Shown piece after piece: positions 35,269 through 48,014 of a stretch of 64,000 nt of DNA. Position 1 is the first letter of the stretch. Every line of letters starts with the position of its first letter. This stretch comes from Psammoneis japonica (lineage: Eukaryota): contig QPGO01000159.1 in NCBI GenBank assembly GCA_008632985.1, positions 62,001-126,000 of the forward strand, in the 5' to 3' direction. A model generated the notes under the pieces. The model did not search any database. It was not told where the DNA came from and saw nothing but the letters and a program-made list of their open reading frames with translations. The translations under genes were made by a program, and so were the position numbers.

Positions 35269-36660
35269 CTAGACTGGAGTCAACTCCAGTTCGTAGATTT
35301 CCTTGCAGTTGAGCATGTGCTCTTCCTCGTCGTCCGAGTCTTCCTTGTTTTCCTCCGCCGCTTGTTTCTCTCGCTTGGCGTCAATGGCCCTGTAGAGTTC
35401 TTCAAAGCGCTCGAGTCGTTTGCTTGCAACGTCTTGCTTGATTTCCTTGACAAGTTCACAAAAGAACTTGTTCGCTTTCGGTGACCATCCCTTGTTCTTC
35501 CGCGGCATCTTTCGCTTCTTCCTCGCCGTACCGTCTTCTGCCGAATCCATTGGCTTCGCGGCCGTGAAGTGCTTGAGTCTCCTGACGGACTTCCTCTTCC
35601 GGTTGGACAGCTCCTTCTGGTCTGTAATGTTCTCCAAATTCTTTTTGAGCTCTTTCATCACGTCTTGCAGTGCTTTCACACGCTCGCCTGTCTTCGCTTT
35701 GTTTCTGACCTGTTTGATCACCGCGTTGCGCTTTTTGGTGTATTCTTCTCTTGTCTCAATGAACTTCACTTTGAGCTCTTCGACACCAGTTTCTTCCTCC
35801 ATCGTGTCTTGTGGGTCTTTCTCGAGGAGTGAGAACTTGCTCTTGTTTTCATCGTCCTTCTCCTCGAGTGTGGTCATGTCCGGCAGGAATGTCTCGCACA
35901 AGTCGTTCCTGTCACCTGTGGGACACCCGTCGTCTTCAATTGGCACCTCGTACTCCGAAACCAGTGTGCTGCCCTCGTCTCTGCTCTTGTAGTTGGCATA
36001 CCATGCGTCGTAGTTATTCTTGAGGCTCATGAGTGCATGTGCCTCGGCGCACGACGTGCCCATCCTCTTGCCCTTGGAGAGTGTCTCCTTCCAACGAGCG
36101 TCTCCAACAATGGGGCGCAAGATGTAGTCGTAGAACACCATGTGCAATGTTGGATTCTCCAAGCGGCATTCGAATCTTTCGACGGACGGCAAGATGCAAT
36201 TGTGNNNNNNNNNNNNNNNNNNNNNNNNNNNNNNNNNNNNNNNNNNNNNNNNNNNNNNNNNNNNNNNNNNNNNNNNNNNNNNNNNNNNNNNNNNNNNNNN
36301 NNNNNNNNNNNNNNNNNNNNNNNNNNNNNNNNNNNNNNNNNNNNNNNNNNNNNNNNNNNNNNNNNNNNNNNNNNNNNNNNNNNNNNNNNNNNNNNNNNNN
36401 NNNNNNNNNNNNNNNNNNNNNNNNNNNNNNNNNNNNNNNNNNNNNNNNNNNNNNNNNNNNNNNNNNNNNNNNNNNNNNNNNNNNNNNNNNNNNNNNNNNN
36501 NNNNNNNNNNNNNNNNNNNNNNNNNNNNNNNNNNNNNNNNNNNGTTCAGGAAAAGTGTCTCCTTGACATGGTCTCTCACCTTGGCTATGTCCCGCATAAC
36601 CTTGGCATCGTCTGCGATCCACTCACTGGTGTTCACCTCTGTTACGACCTGGGTCGTCAT
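35269..36660 (-). CDS. Uncharacterised charged/coiled-coil protein of the Plavaka-like element (spans assembly gap)
   Basis: Open on both sides of the gap; divergent from the transposase; paralog at 16900-17720. Confidence 0.65.
   Translation of the reverse strand: MTTQVVTEVNTSEWIADDAKVMRDIAKVRDHVKETLFLNXXXXXXXXXXXXXXXXXXXXXXXXXXXXXXXXXXXXXXXXXXXXXXXXXXXXXXXXXXXXXXXXXXXXXXXXXXXXXXXXXXXXXXXXXXXXXXXXXXXXXXXXXXXXXXXXXHNCILPSVERFECRLENPTLHMVFYDYILRPIVGDARWKETLSKGKRMGTSCAEAHALMSLKNNYDAWYANYKSRDEGSTLVSEYEVPIEDDGCPTGDRNDLCETFLPDMTTLEEKDDENKSKFSLLEKDPQDTMEEETGVEELKVKFIETREEYTKKRNAVIKQVRNKAKTGERVKALQDVMKELKKNLENITDQKELSNRKRKSVRRLKHFTAAKPMDSAEDGTARKKRKMPRKNKGWSPKANKFFCELVKEIKQDVASKRLERFEELYRAIDAKREKQAAEENKEDSDDEEEHMLNCKEIYELELTPV
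36205..36543. other. Assembly gap (N run)
   Basis: Ns in sequence. Confidence 1.
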
Positions 36661-37024
36661 GTTGGATCACGCAGCGTTTGTTGTTTGTGTGGTGATTCCT
36701 GACTCTGTTGAGTCTTGTGGATGATGGCCGTTCCTTCCCATTTTTTATGATCCTTCTCTGTCCTTTAGAATAACATAGAGGACTTGAATCATTGGATGTG
36801 CTCAGGCTTTGATGTATGTTCTTTAGAGTTCCCGAATTTTTTCTTATATTTCAAAAAAAGAACTCACAGTAATTCAAATCCAATGTCTTGTCAAAGGAAT
36901 GGATATGATTGTTATGCAGTCCTCCCTGTTTGGTTTTTGGCCAGCTCTCAACGGCTAGGGCTATTCAGTGTTTGCCACAGTGGCTTTGAATTTAAATCAG
37001 TGGGACTGAAAATCAATCTGGCTA

Positions 37025-40000
37025 GTGCCAAATCAACATTCTGCAGTCCATTTGCGTCTGCAGAACCTTTTACAATCTTGTGCCTTATGCATCATGGTTC
37101 ATTTGCACCGCCGCTACCAACGTCGGTTTGGTCCAATCAGCCATAGTGCTTCCACCACACAGCAACTGTGCACGTTCTCCCAAGCCACAGCGTTGCTCCT
37201 GCAAGAGCAGCGCTCTCAAAAATCTGCGGCCTTGTCCGGTCAAGAATTTTCGAATCCTGATCCGTCTGATTCCTCTAATTTTGCCCCTCCTGATGTCCAG
37301 GAAGATGGAGGGTTCCACGACGACAACGCTTTCTCCCCCTCAGGCAATGATGATGGCACGACAAGCCCTCCTCCAGAGGACGATGAAGATTATGTGGAGG
37401 AAGGTGAAGAATCCGATCTTGACGGCAACGACGGAGGCTGGGACGACAGCTCCCAACATGATGTGTTTCCAGGTCCTCCTGTTGATTCTTGGAATTCCGA
37501 CGACGAATCGGAAGATGGTCCACCTCATGCAGGAGAGGGGCCACCAGGTCCTCCAATTGATAGCAGTGGTGCTGGTCCAAGTGACAATGACCCTCCTTTG
37601 AGTGGATCATCACCGACGTTTACTCTTGCCGAGGAAGCGTCTTTGGAGCTGATAACTCTTTGTGACAGTTCTGGCGCAACTCGCAAGTTTTACGGGAAGT
37701 TGCTTGCCCTGTTTCGTCGGTTCCGCAAGAGGAAATTCAATTTTGAAAATGCGCTTGGTCGAGACAAGTTGGTTGAGAACTTGAGTAAGAAGGTGCACAT
37801 GCCCAAGCCCGACACCCGTATCATTGGTGGCCGCGAAGTAACTCGTTTCCGCATGCTTGACATGTTGCGAGACCTACTCCGTCATTCCTTGTTTGACGAC
37901 GAGCACAACCTCAACATGAATAAATCTATGCGGGATCGCTTCAAGAAGTTCATCCCGGTTGAAGACACCGATCTTGGTGAGACAATGTCTAACAAATGGC
38001 ATTCTGACACCTGTGACAACCTTCCAGAAGACTTCGATCCAGAGAAGGACTTGCTTCTGCCCATTGCGTCTTATGCGGACCAGACGGGTACCGATGCGTG
38101 TCAACGCTACCCCCTGGAGCCATGGCTGTTTTGCATCCTTCTCGCCAAGAGGCACGTTCGTGAGCGTGATTGTGCATGGCGTCATCTTGGCTTTATTCCG
38201 AGTCTTGACAAGGGCGGGACAGCTACCACTGTGGATGAGAACGGCAACGTAAATGAAGATGAGGTTCAAGCAGCTGCAGGTAACTCTTCTTCGTCGTCCT
38301 CCAACATCCAAGCTTACCACGATATGCTGTCGTTCCTGTTGGAAGATCTGAAGTCTCTGCAGGCGGAGCCTCCCCTGCTGCGTGTAAACATGGGCGGCAT
38401 TCGCCGTCTTATGCGAATCCTGATTGTCCAAGGCCCAATTTTGGGGGATCAGAAGTCTCAAGATTACATCTGCGGTCGCAAGGCCACCAATGGTGGCGGT
38501 GCCGGTCGAGTACACCGTTTGAGCATGTGCTCTGCGACACAAGCGTCTAATGCCTTTCTACCAACCAACGCGGACGGCCTTTCGTTTACACCAATCAACG
38601 TCAGTGTAGTGTCTCGTCTGAACGAGTTGGCACTTGGATACGGCGCATCCAGAGCGGTGCTTGAAAAGGACAGTGCCATGGATGGGTACCTGAAGAGGCA
38701 GCAGAAGCTAGCAATTGCCCTGCTCTCACGTCCCCACACGATGCATCCGCTTAGCAACGCGTTTGAGGGTGTCGATTTTGGAACTAACCCCTGGGGTGTG
38801 TTTGCAGCCACGACCGATGATCACCTCCATTCGTGGGAAGGTGGTGGAGGAGAGAACGTCGCTCAAGTGTCGTACTTTGGAATGACAAAGACGGAGAAAG
38901 AAAACTTTGAGAGTGAACTAGTTGCGGTTGTAGGATCGACCAGGTCGACTTCCCTTGCGTCCTATCACAGAGGGCGTTTAAATTCAGGGTTTAGCCGCAT
39001 GACTCTCCAGACCCACGTGGAGAAGATGGGATGCCTTTTTTACCTGTGTGTTGGAATGCAATTTAGCAAGCCGCGTGAGATCATGGAAACGGCACACGCC
39101 AGACAAAAGAACAAGTACCAAACTTTTCCTGCGGCTTCTAAACTTGCCTCGTTGCGGAAACCAAAGGCTACAGACAAGAAGGGAGGTGCGAAAGGTTCTT
39201 CCCCAGCTCCCCAAGATCAGGGTACACCTTCAGAAGGTCAGAGCGCGCGTCCCTCTGTTGGCTGCAAACGATCAGGTTCCAGCAGTAGTTTCGCTCGACG
39301 CCCCAACAAGAGGACAAAATTATGTCAGCGGGCGACCCGGCAAAGAGCAGCACATAATTCGGCGTTGGAAGAACCAGACAAGAGTGTTTCTGATAAGGCG
39401 GACGACGATGGCGAGAAGGAAGAGAAAGACAAGAAACCTCTCCCTCCCTCCTTTTTTCCGTTCCAGAAGGACACATTTTATGCCACGGATGGTGACACCA
39501 AAGATCCTTTTGATCGCAAACCAGAAACAATCCAGTACGTGATCAAGCATCTAAAGCTCCACGGATTTGGTTTTTTGCTCGAAGAAGACTTTGATGATTT
39601 TCAGCTTGACCAGTTGTTTGTTGAATCATGGAAGATCCTCAAGAAAATCCAGGCGAAGGTTGAGGAATCGTATCCTTCCTCCCAAGACGTCGCCTCCGTC
39701 GACTGTGCTGTCATTCGTGACCGATGTGACTGTTCATTCCAACGACAAAGCCGAAGGCCAAGGCTAACCAAGGTGGAGCAGTACGTTGGCACGCGCTTAC
39801 GCAAGACTGTTGCAAAGAAAAGGGTGGATCTTTCATCCTTGCCAGTAGTGGGACAAGAAGACAACGAGCGTGAAGAAGACACACACAACCCTTATCAGTT
39901 CTCTTACCCGATGGAGGGTTGCATTGTGAAACACCGTCGGAAGAAACCNNNNNNNNNNNNNNNNNNNNNNNNNNNNNNNNNNNNNNNNNNNNNNNNNNNN

Positions 40001-41161
40001 NNNNNNNNNNNNNNNNNNNNNNNNNNNNNNNNNNNNNNNNNNNNNNNNNNNNNNNNNNNNNNNNNNNNNNNNNNNNNNNNNNNNNNNNNNNNNNNNNNNN
40101 NNNNNNNNNNNNNNNNNNNNNNNNNNNNNNNNNNNNNNNNNNNNNNNNNNNNNNNNNNNNNNNNNNNNNNNNNNNNNNNNNNNNNNNNNNNNNNNNNNNN
40201 NNNNNNNNNNNNNNNNNNNNNNNNNNNNNNNNNNNNNNNNNNNNNNNNNNNNNNNNNNNNNNNNNNNNNNNNNNNNNNNNNNNNNNNNNNNNNNNNNNNN
40301 CAAAAAAGAGGTGAGGCCACATTCACTTACCAGACTTGCGAACGGGTTTGTGAGTTCATGCCACACAACTCTTGCTTGGACATGACATTGAAGCAGAAAG
40401 AGCAAGCAACTAGCGATGGTGAACCATCAGTGTCGTCATCCAATGACAATGACGACGAGCCCACAGCCACCTTTACCAGAAAACAGCCCCACTTCATCTT
40501 CCTTCGAGATGACTTTGACAATGTGTTGGCAATTGATCGTTTTGGAAAATCGTCCAAGACAACCAAGCCCACCGGCCATCCCTGTCGTGCCTTCCTTGAA
40601 GCCCTTCAGGGACTGGAGCCAGATCAGCAATGCTTTGACATCTGGACGGAGGCGAAGCCATCCAACGGAGAGCATTTACGTGCGTGCCCGCAACACAAAT
40701 CCAAAGAGGGACCATGGTTTGACTGGGCTGAAGTTGACTTTGCAATGGGCGATGGTTCTGCCCAACCATTCCCCTCCCGTGTGATTGGTTTTTACCGGGC
40801 AGAGGATGATGTTTTGAAGGCAATTATTCACTCCGTTCATTACAAGCTGGCGACTGCCACTGAGTCGGACTTTGGGGACACTAGACTGTTCACTCACTAC
40901 CGACAAGAATTCCAAGCCAACGGGAAACCCTCGCTGCGCACGTGCCGGCTGGATGAGATCCAACGCGGCATTCTCTGCTTCATGTTCCAATGACACAAGG
41001 ACCCAGTCCCACCAACCGTGCGTAATCCGGCCAGCCGAAGAGAGCACCGAGTTATGGTTGTCCGTCCTCGTCGGGACTGGGCAAAAATATTCGTGGAGTG
41101 GACCAGAGAGATGATGGATCGAGAGGAAAATGCGGAGGGTTCGGATAAGTTCTCTTTTTAG
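37025..41161 (+). pseudogene. Plavaka-like transposase (spans gap; in-frame TGA at 40991-40993; start uncertain)
   Basis: YADQTG..YPLEPWLF, AWRHLGFIP, YHDMLSFLL, GDQKSQDYICGR, DHLHSWEGG, LRACP..PWFDW; frame continues VVRPRRDWAKIF to TAG 41161. Confidence 0.75.
39949..40300. other. Assembly gap (N run)
   Basis: Ns in sequence. Confidence 1.
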
Positions 41162-41220
41162 ATAAGTTAATATGTAAACACCTACAATGCAACTTACATA
41201 ACTAGGAATACCGTGTCCGT

Positions 41221-42288
41221 TCAAACATGGAAATGGGCGCTGGCAACAGCCAGTGCATCTGTGTGTTCTTGAGTGGGCTCTGGTACATCGATCTCCCGCC
41301 TGTTCCTGAAATAGCCTAATTGAGACTCGATCTTCAAAGCCAATCCGAGGACGTCTTCATTTGCCTTCACTTCACCATTCATGAAGCGAACCGCACTCCA
41401 CATCTCTTTGTTAAATTGTGGAGATTCAAATTCCAGCTCTCTACACTGGACGAAACTCCTAACCATTTTCCGTTCACATTCCCTGCCTCTCTTGAAGGCC
41501 TCAATCAGCTCGATCATCGATTTTTTCAATTCCGCCTGCTCATAGTTCAGATACCAAAAATCGCGTGGACCATCTGATGGAACGACTATGCCTTCAATGA
41601 GTGGCTTGACAACATTCGGGAGAGTACGAATTAGAATCTTAATAGCCTTGTGCTGTTGGTCAACTGGCTCTCTGCTGGTTACCTCTTCCATTTCTAACAA
41701 ATTGCGCCTCATAAAAAGAGGCGATTCATAGCTCAACTTCATGAACAAGAGAAACGTTGTTTCTTCTTGTCGTGTACCAACAACACGAAGAGGTAGGCCT
41801 TGCGCTGCTGCATCAAATTGGTCTCCAAGCAGCACCCTTTGGAGAGCAATTTCTGCATCGCTGAATTCCCTAAGAGCACGCATGTACGCATTGTCAGCGT
41901 AATGATCACGTATGACACCAATCAAACTGTCGACGAAAGCATTCTTCATTTGTGTTGGGTTGGAGTTTGTGTTTGGGTCTTGCTCATGTTCTAGACGACG
42001 AAGAGCCCTGATTGACATTTCACGTGAATTTACCAGCCGATTGATAGAATGAAGGACGGCTTGTTTCTTCGCAATTGCAACCCTTTCCTCAGGGTTGCGT
42101 GGTGGATCCGAGTGAACCCTGTCCTCGACAGAAGCCCTCATACGCTGACCAAGATCCTCAGTGGCCCTGCGACGTAATTCCTGGTCTGACAAATTCAGAT
42201 CAAGAAGCCGACGTAACGACTCGGGCAAATCTATTTCCTCTTCCTCGTCCGACATGATAGTAATCTCCTCCACTTCCTGGAGAGGCAA
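41221..42288 (-). CDS. Uncharacterised helical protein (about 345-355 aa), Plavaka cargo
   Basis: Long uninterrupted ORF with protein-like composition; no family recognised. Confidence 0.6.
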   Translation of the reverse strand: MPLQEVEEITIMSDEEEEIDLPESLRRLLDLNLSDQELRRRATEDLGQRMRASVEDRVHSDPPRNPEERVAIAKKQAVLHSINRLVNSREMSIRALRRLEHEQDPNTNSNPTQMKNAFVDSLIGVIRDHYADNAYMRALREFSDAEIALQRVLLGDQFDAAAQGLPLRVVGTRQEETTFLLFMKLSYESPLFMRRNLLEMEEVTSREPVDQQHKAIKILIRTLPNVVKPLIEGIVVPSDGPRDFWYLNYEQAELKKSMIELIEAFKRGRECERKMVRSFVQCRELEFESPQFNKEMWSAVRFMNGEVKANEDVLGLALKIESQLGYFRNRREIDVPEPTQEHTDALAVASAHFHV

Positions 42289-43044
42289 GTGTCAGCTGTT
42301 GTGACACGTGTGAAAAGAGGAAGTTCTGTTCGTGCTATTGTGTGCAAGGTGTTCGTTGGAAAAAGATATAACGGTCGTGCGTCAGTGTTCCCGTTGTCTG
42401 TCCATCCACTGACCAAGTCAACCTCAACGCACAACGTACCAACAGGCCAAGGTTCCAACTGATCCAACCGACCAACGGTAATGGTGGGAGCGCCACAACA
42501 CAATTGAGGCCTCCGGCATTGGTGGCCTTCATGTGCTTCTTGGACAAGGACGTGTCCCTGTGTGGAAACGCATCTTTGAGTACATAGATGAGAGGGACAG
42601 CCGTTTACTTGCAATTGTTTTCCGAGTTGGAAGCTGATTCCTTGACGATGTAGCTGACTTGGGTTGGCAAAGGATTTCGGAAAATGCCGTGTACAGCAAC
42701 GACGCATTCGGAGGTAGTCCTAGGATGAAGGTTCAGCAAAGGGCCCGGGTAATAGGAGAAATTGATTATCTTCATTGCCACGTCAACAGTTTTGAAGGAT
42801 TCAGGGAGGAATTGTACGAAGCAATCTACACAATTGATTTCTTGCCCCCCGCTCACAGGAGGAAATCTGTTTCGGGTAAAAAACCAGCTTTGTAGGTATG
42901 TGCCTGTTCATCAGCGACCGAGCCCAGGACATGTTTGGGAGGTGTTGCTCTCGCCATCTTGCTTTTTTTTGCAAGTGCTGCTTAGCGGACGTACCCCCCA
43001 CCAATGCGCCGTCGGCATAGTTGGTCTATTGAGAACAATCCAAA

Positions 43045-46000
43045 CTAGCGCTTCTTCAATGGTAAGAATTTGGAGGATGACAGCTCATTGAGCGTCTCAC
43101 AGAATTCCTTGGCTTGTTGCACCAACCACTGTGGAAGCGACTTGGCAATCAGCTCCATGGTCACTTTACCGGTTGTGTACCTGTCCACCTGGTCTTCGTC
43201 ATTGAGACCCCATACCTTCTGGCAGACGTCTTTTGGAATGCCCTTGGAGTGAAAAGAGAGTGAAGATTCAACTTCAGGATCAAGTTCCCATCTGCAGTCT
43301 AGCTCGATCTTCTCAAGGTTGCGAAGTAATCCCACAAAAGAGTGCATCGTCCAAGGCAAAATAATCCTGGAGTCTTGCGGTAACCCTTCCGCAAGAGCCG
43401 TGAGGTTGTGGTCAAAGAAACCACTGCCCAGGCGTTGATCTTGCCAGTGGGCGGGAAACCAATGGCAATCCATGACCACCTCCCTAATGGCAGTTATGTC
43501 GACTGGCCTTTGCAATTCTGTGGTGAAAGTCCTTGAAGAAACATTGCACCGCAGATGACGATTGGGATCCCCGCTCTGCAAGGACACCGTGTAGATGTTC
43601 TTCACACCTTCGGTTCCTTCGACAAAGAGAATTCGTCCATTGTCGCTCCTTTCTTGCGCGGACTTAAACAAGGAACATCCTTTAGGCGAGAATGCTTCGG
43701 GAGCAGTCAGTTCATTGGCTGCCTCTGTTCTTGTCATAAGAAGATACAATCGGTTCTGTTCACTCGTTGACTTGTCTCTAGTGGTAGCTTCGATGTTAGC
43801 AATAGTCGGGTCGGCCACTACATGGTGTTGTTCGGCCGTGGCATTACCAACTTCGTTGGAATCGAGTGATGGATCGCTTCAATTGAAACCATCAAAAAAA
43901 CAAACGAAGCAAAGTGTCATTAGAAAGGATAGTAACACTGCACGTGTTTAGAAAGTAGACGCATTATCGCAACTTACTCGGTCATGATGGAGATCGCGTC
44001 CCAATATCTTGTGCCGTATCGCTTGACGCTAGGAGCTGCATCATATCCGATTAGCATGAACAAATGTTGACCACGAGCGAAATGCTCTTTAATGATTCCT
44101 TCTACCCGATTAGGAGCCACCCAATCGCATGGGACACATTCTCTACAGGAACCGCCATGGTGCTGAATGCCATGTTCAACCACAAGGGCTTCTGAGCACA
44201 CTACACGATCCTCTCCGTCCAAGTGCTCCAATTGCTTTGCTGCGCCCAGATTTGACACAGGATAAACCAGGTTCCTCAAATCTTTGTGGGGATGAACAAC
44301 AATTCCAGCGCCAACGAGCATCTGGACTATCATCATCAACCTAAACTCGCTGATGTCCGTTTTCTGTGGAGGGAACTCCTGCAGAGTTGCCCGGAACTGG
44401 CTCTCCAGCATGGCATGGTGGAAGTCAGAAGTACCAGTGTGTTTGTCCATCCACTTCAACAATTTCAGAATTGCGTCTACCATTTGATCCATTACGTTTG
44501 ACATCTGGAGATTAACAACACGTGGTTCGTCGGTAGTACAAGCATCGTCTTGTAGCAATTGATCAATGTCAGCATCCCTGGGTAACAATTCTTCCTCCAT
44601 AAATGATAAACGCCCTTGGCACCTGCGTTTACCTCTTCTTCTAGTGTGGATGTCTCTGTCTGGATGCCTCTTTCCCTCACCAGTTCCCTCAGGGATCACA
44701 CAGTATGTCTCGATGAAATTATAGCCACTGGGGTTAAGACGGTTGGGAGTCACGCCAATGTCACCTGTGCTAGTGCCAAATAGCCTCTGGGATAGTTCGT
44801 AGTAAACAAGTGCTGGGTCGGCACCTGGATCAGTCAATTCTTCCTCATGCTGCATACCAATGTGGAAGAAACGATGGAAGCCAGTCTGATACGAAGCCAC
44901 AATGGCTAGCCTGATAACCTTGCGAATTCCAATTGCTTCACGAACGCGAAACAGGATAGTGATACCCATGGACAACCACAAATCACGAATGCAGGACGTT
45001 GGAAACTCCATCCTATCCATTACAATCGAACCGTCCTTGTCCAACTCCTTTTTTTCGTAGGGGCAGTAATCGTCCAAGAACATGTGTTCCGGATGACGAT
45101 GGTTCAAATCTTTGGGTGGCCTATGAGGACCCTTGTACTTGGAGATAAACTCGTCATATGCTCGCTTTATGTGAGTAACGTGCTTGAGCATCCTGGTCCT
45201 CAAGGGCTTTAGTGTCAAGGATTGGTCGAAATGTTGTCCAGCCCTATTACAGCTATTGGCAATGAATTTGACAGAAACGACGTTACCAAGCTTGTCCAGG
45301 ATGAAAATACAAAGAGCACCAGTCTTGGTGTAACCACAACAGACACAGTTCGATTCATCCAAATGGATTTTGGCAAATTGAGGCATGGTCTTTACTTGAA
45401 CGGTACCAAGCTCATTCCTTGCTACTTTTGCACCAAGCCCATCACGAAGAGCCGTCCCATACAGTTCGGTTCGAGCGTCGAGGCCGTACGGAGCCGGGTT
45501 ACCGAAATACTCAACCTCTAGCTCGTCGTGACACCTCTGCATGGCATCATAAATGTCAGCCAGCATAGACTTGATCTGGTTGCGAGTCGTTTCATCTTTT
45601 TCTTTTTCAAAGACTCCAAAACCAACTCGACGTGCAGGGATTGTCATGCCGTTATCGAGAGTTTCATTATCCCGACCACAGGCACCAAAGTCGATCCTGT
45701 GGTTGTCAGTATCATCGTCATCATCATCGTCGCGGTCATCGTTTTTCACACCATGTTCCTTTACAAAACGTGCTATCATTCCAGCATCTATTTTGAGAGA
45801 TCCGAAATGACGCTGCCAAATACGTCCGGACGATCGCAGAATGGTAGCATCATCCTGGACACGTTGAGCCTTGGGGGGGACAATCACCAACTCACGGTCA
45901 TGGTTCAGAGCAGAAGGAAGAAGGTCGTTCGTCTCAAAGGAATGGAGGTTATGGCAGAGATCGTCAACTAAATAGTAATCAGCAGGGGAATGGTGAAGGT

Positions 46001-48014
46001 TTAACTCGCGATCTGTTGATTGCTCATTATCCTCATCGTCCTCAGACGCATTGTATAAAACACGGAGCCTGGGAGCGAACTTGGTTAAATCGGAAGGCGA
46101 CGCAACGCTGCAACAATGACCCCGGGGAAAACGAGCATCAAGGGGAGCACATCTTGGGGAAAAAGTTGCAGCAATGGGCTTGTCAGGGACACCAGGCTTT
46201 TCAGCAGGAGACGTTGCAATAGAAGCTTCTCCTCCTCCCGTGGGTGGATCAGCAACGACCACATGGTCATCAGCAGCATCGGCTGCATCGGAGGCATCGG
46301 CTGCATCGGCGGCATCCGTAACCGAAACGCCCGAAAATGACTGGCAGTCTTGTGCGTCGTCAACATCCTCGTTTGCTGGAGACAGCTGTGATGAGAGTGT
46401 GCTGAAGGAAGCGTTGGGCGCAGCTGAAGTGGAATCAGATGCGGCGTTGGTGTGCTGAGAAGCGGCGTTGTTTGTAGCATTCTTGTTAGAAGAAGGGGGC
46501 GGGGGGGCTAGAGAACCAGCGGAGACACGACCAGAGGCCAAACTTTGTTTCCTTCTCCTTTTGGTTGACGATGTGTACTTCTCCTTCGCAGCACGGGAAA
46601 GGTACGGGTACGTCAGATCACGAACACGAGAGCGGACAATTACAAGGTTCCTGAACTTGTAACGATTCGTGTTACCACAGGATTGCTTAAACGTAGAGTG
46701 GAGCTCTCGTTCCACTAACTCTTGGTACCGTCGTGCCATGCCTTTCGCGGTGGCCTGGGTCGATACATAATCCTTGATACCATCCAACCGCTCAGTAAGG
46801 AGAATCTTGGCAACCTTCCCGTTCTTCAGTTTTGCGTCCGTGTCGATCAGAGTCAACACGTTGTTGCACATTTGTAGAAATTGCTTCCTCTTTTGGCAAC
46901 CAGAAAATATCACAGTTGACCAGCAACGATAGTTCCCATGCTCCTTCTCCACGTGAGGGAGAAAGCAACAGTCAACGATGGCCGCGGCAATGCTAAGGCA
47001 CTGCGCCGTGAAGTCCAATTTGGATTTAAAGCTCGAAAGACGAAGGAAGCAGTCCTTATTGCCAAGCTTTTCCCGTTGGATCATCTTGTATAAATCATTC
47101 ATAATTGCATGGAGGTTCTTACCGAATTTGGCGAGATTGCTAAAGGACTCAGCAAGCTTCCGATACTCAAGAACATAGCTCCCATCTTTGCGACGGTGGC
47201 ACAACCAACCACGGCTTTTCACATAATGAAAGCCATCATTATAGCCAAGAGATTGACCAACTACATTGCAAACAGCCAACACTTCCTCGAAAAAATGGGA
47301 GGACCGATTCTGGCAGTTGTAATAGATGAAGGGGAGAGCAATGAGATCAGGAGAGGGAGTCCACTCGTGAGATTCAAGAAACTTCTGACGACGGCGCTGC
47401 GTCTCAATAAGTTTTGTGAAACGCTTCTTGGAAACATAGGCACCGCCAGTGCCCCCAGTGAAAACTTGGGCTTCATCATCAAGCGCGAGGGGGGGGGTAA
47501 TGCGTAGCCCGACGGTGGTTACCGCGCTATCATCGTCGGAGTCTGAGTCAGAAAAGTCGTCGCCATCGTTTTCGTCAGGAAACAAAAGATCGCCAGCATA
47601 TCCGGGGTTGTCGGGGGAGGCGACGTGGCTGGAATTGAGTTTTCTAGCAGGGACGTCAAACGATGTGTCGTCTGGAGGGCCACCGGAAACCTTGTCAGTA
47701 CATAGAGTGACGACCACCGTGCCGCTGCCCACGGAATTAGCGGAATCATCGTCTTTTGGAGGAGAAGAACCCATCAAATCATCATCGGGATGCGTTGCAG
47801 AGGCTTCTCGAGATGCCGTGGGGGGCAAGACACCGTCAGAAGGCCTAGCCGCCAATTCTGGAGGGGAAACAAGTTCCTGAAGAGATCCGTTGTGGTCGGG
47901 TGACGTGACATAAAACGCCGTTACGCCGGTTCCGGAAATAGAATCTTCATCCGATGAGTCGGAGAGTGAGGAAAACACTCGCTTTCGCTTGGTTGTTACT
48001 TTGAAGCGAGGCAT
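43045..48014 (-). CDS. Large uncharacterised cargo protein; exon 48014-43978 probably spliced to 43876-43045 (about 1620 aa)
   Basis: 1346-codon open frame; its stop lies inside a GTAAGT donor; 101-nt intron 43877-43977 with CTAAT branch and AAG acceptor joins in frame to the 43045-43818 ORF. Confidence 0.65.

Noticed and set aside
36014..36724. Alternative-frame ORFs spanning the N runs (also 39711-40405)
   Set aside because: Length is an artefact of the gaps
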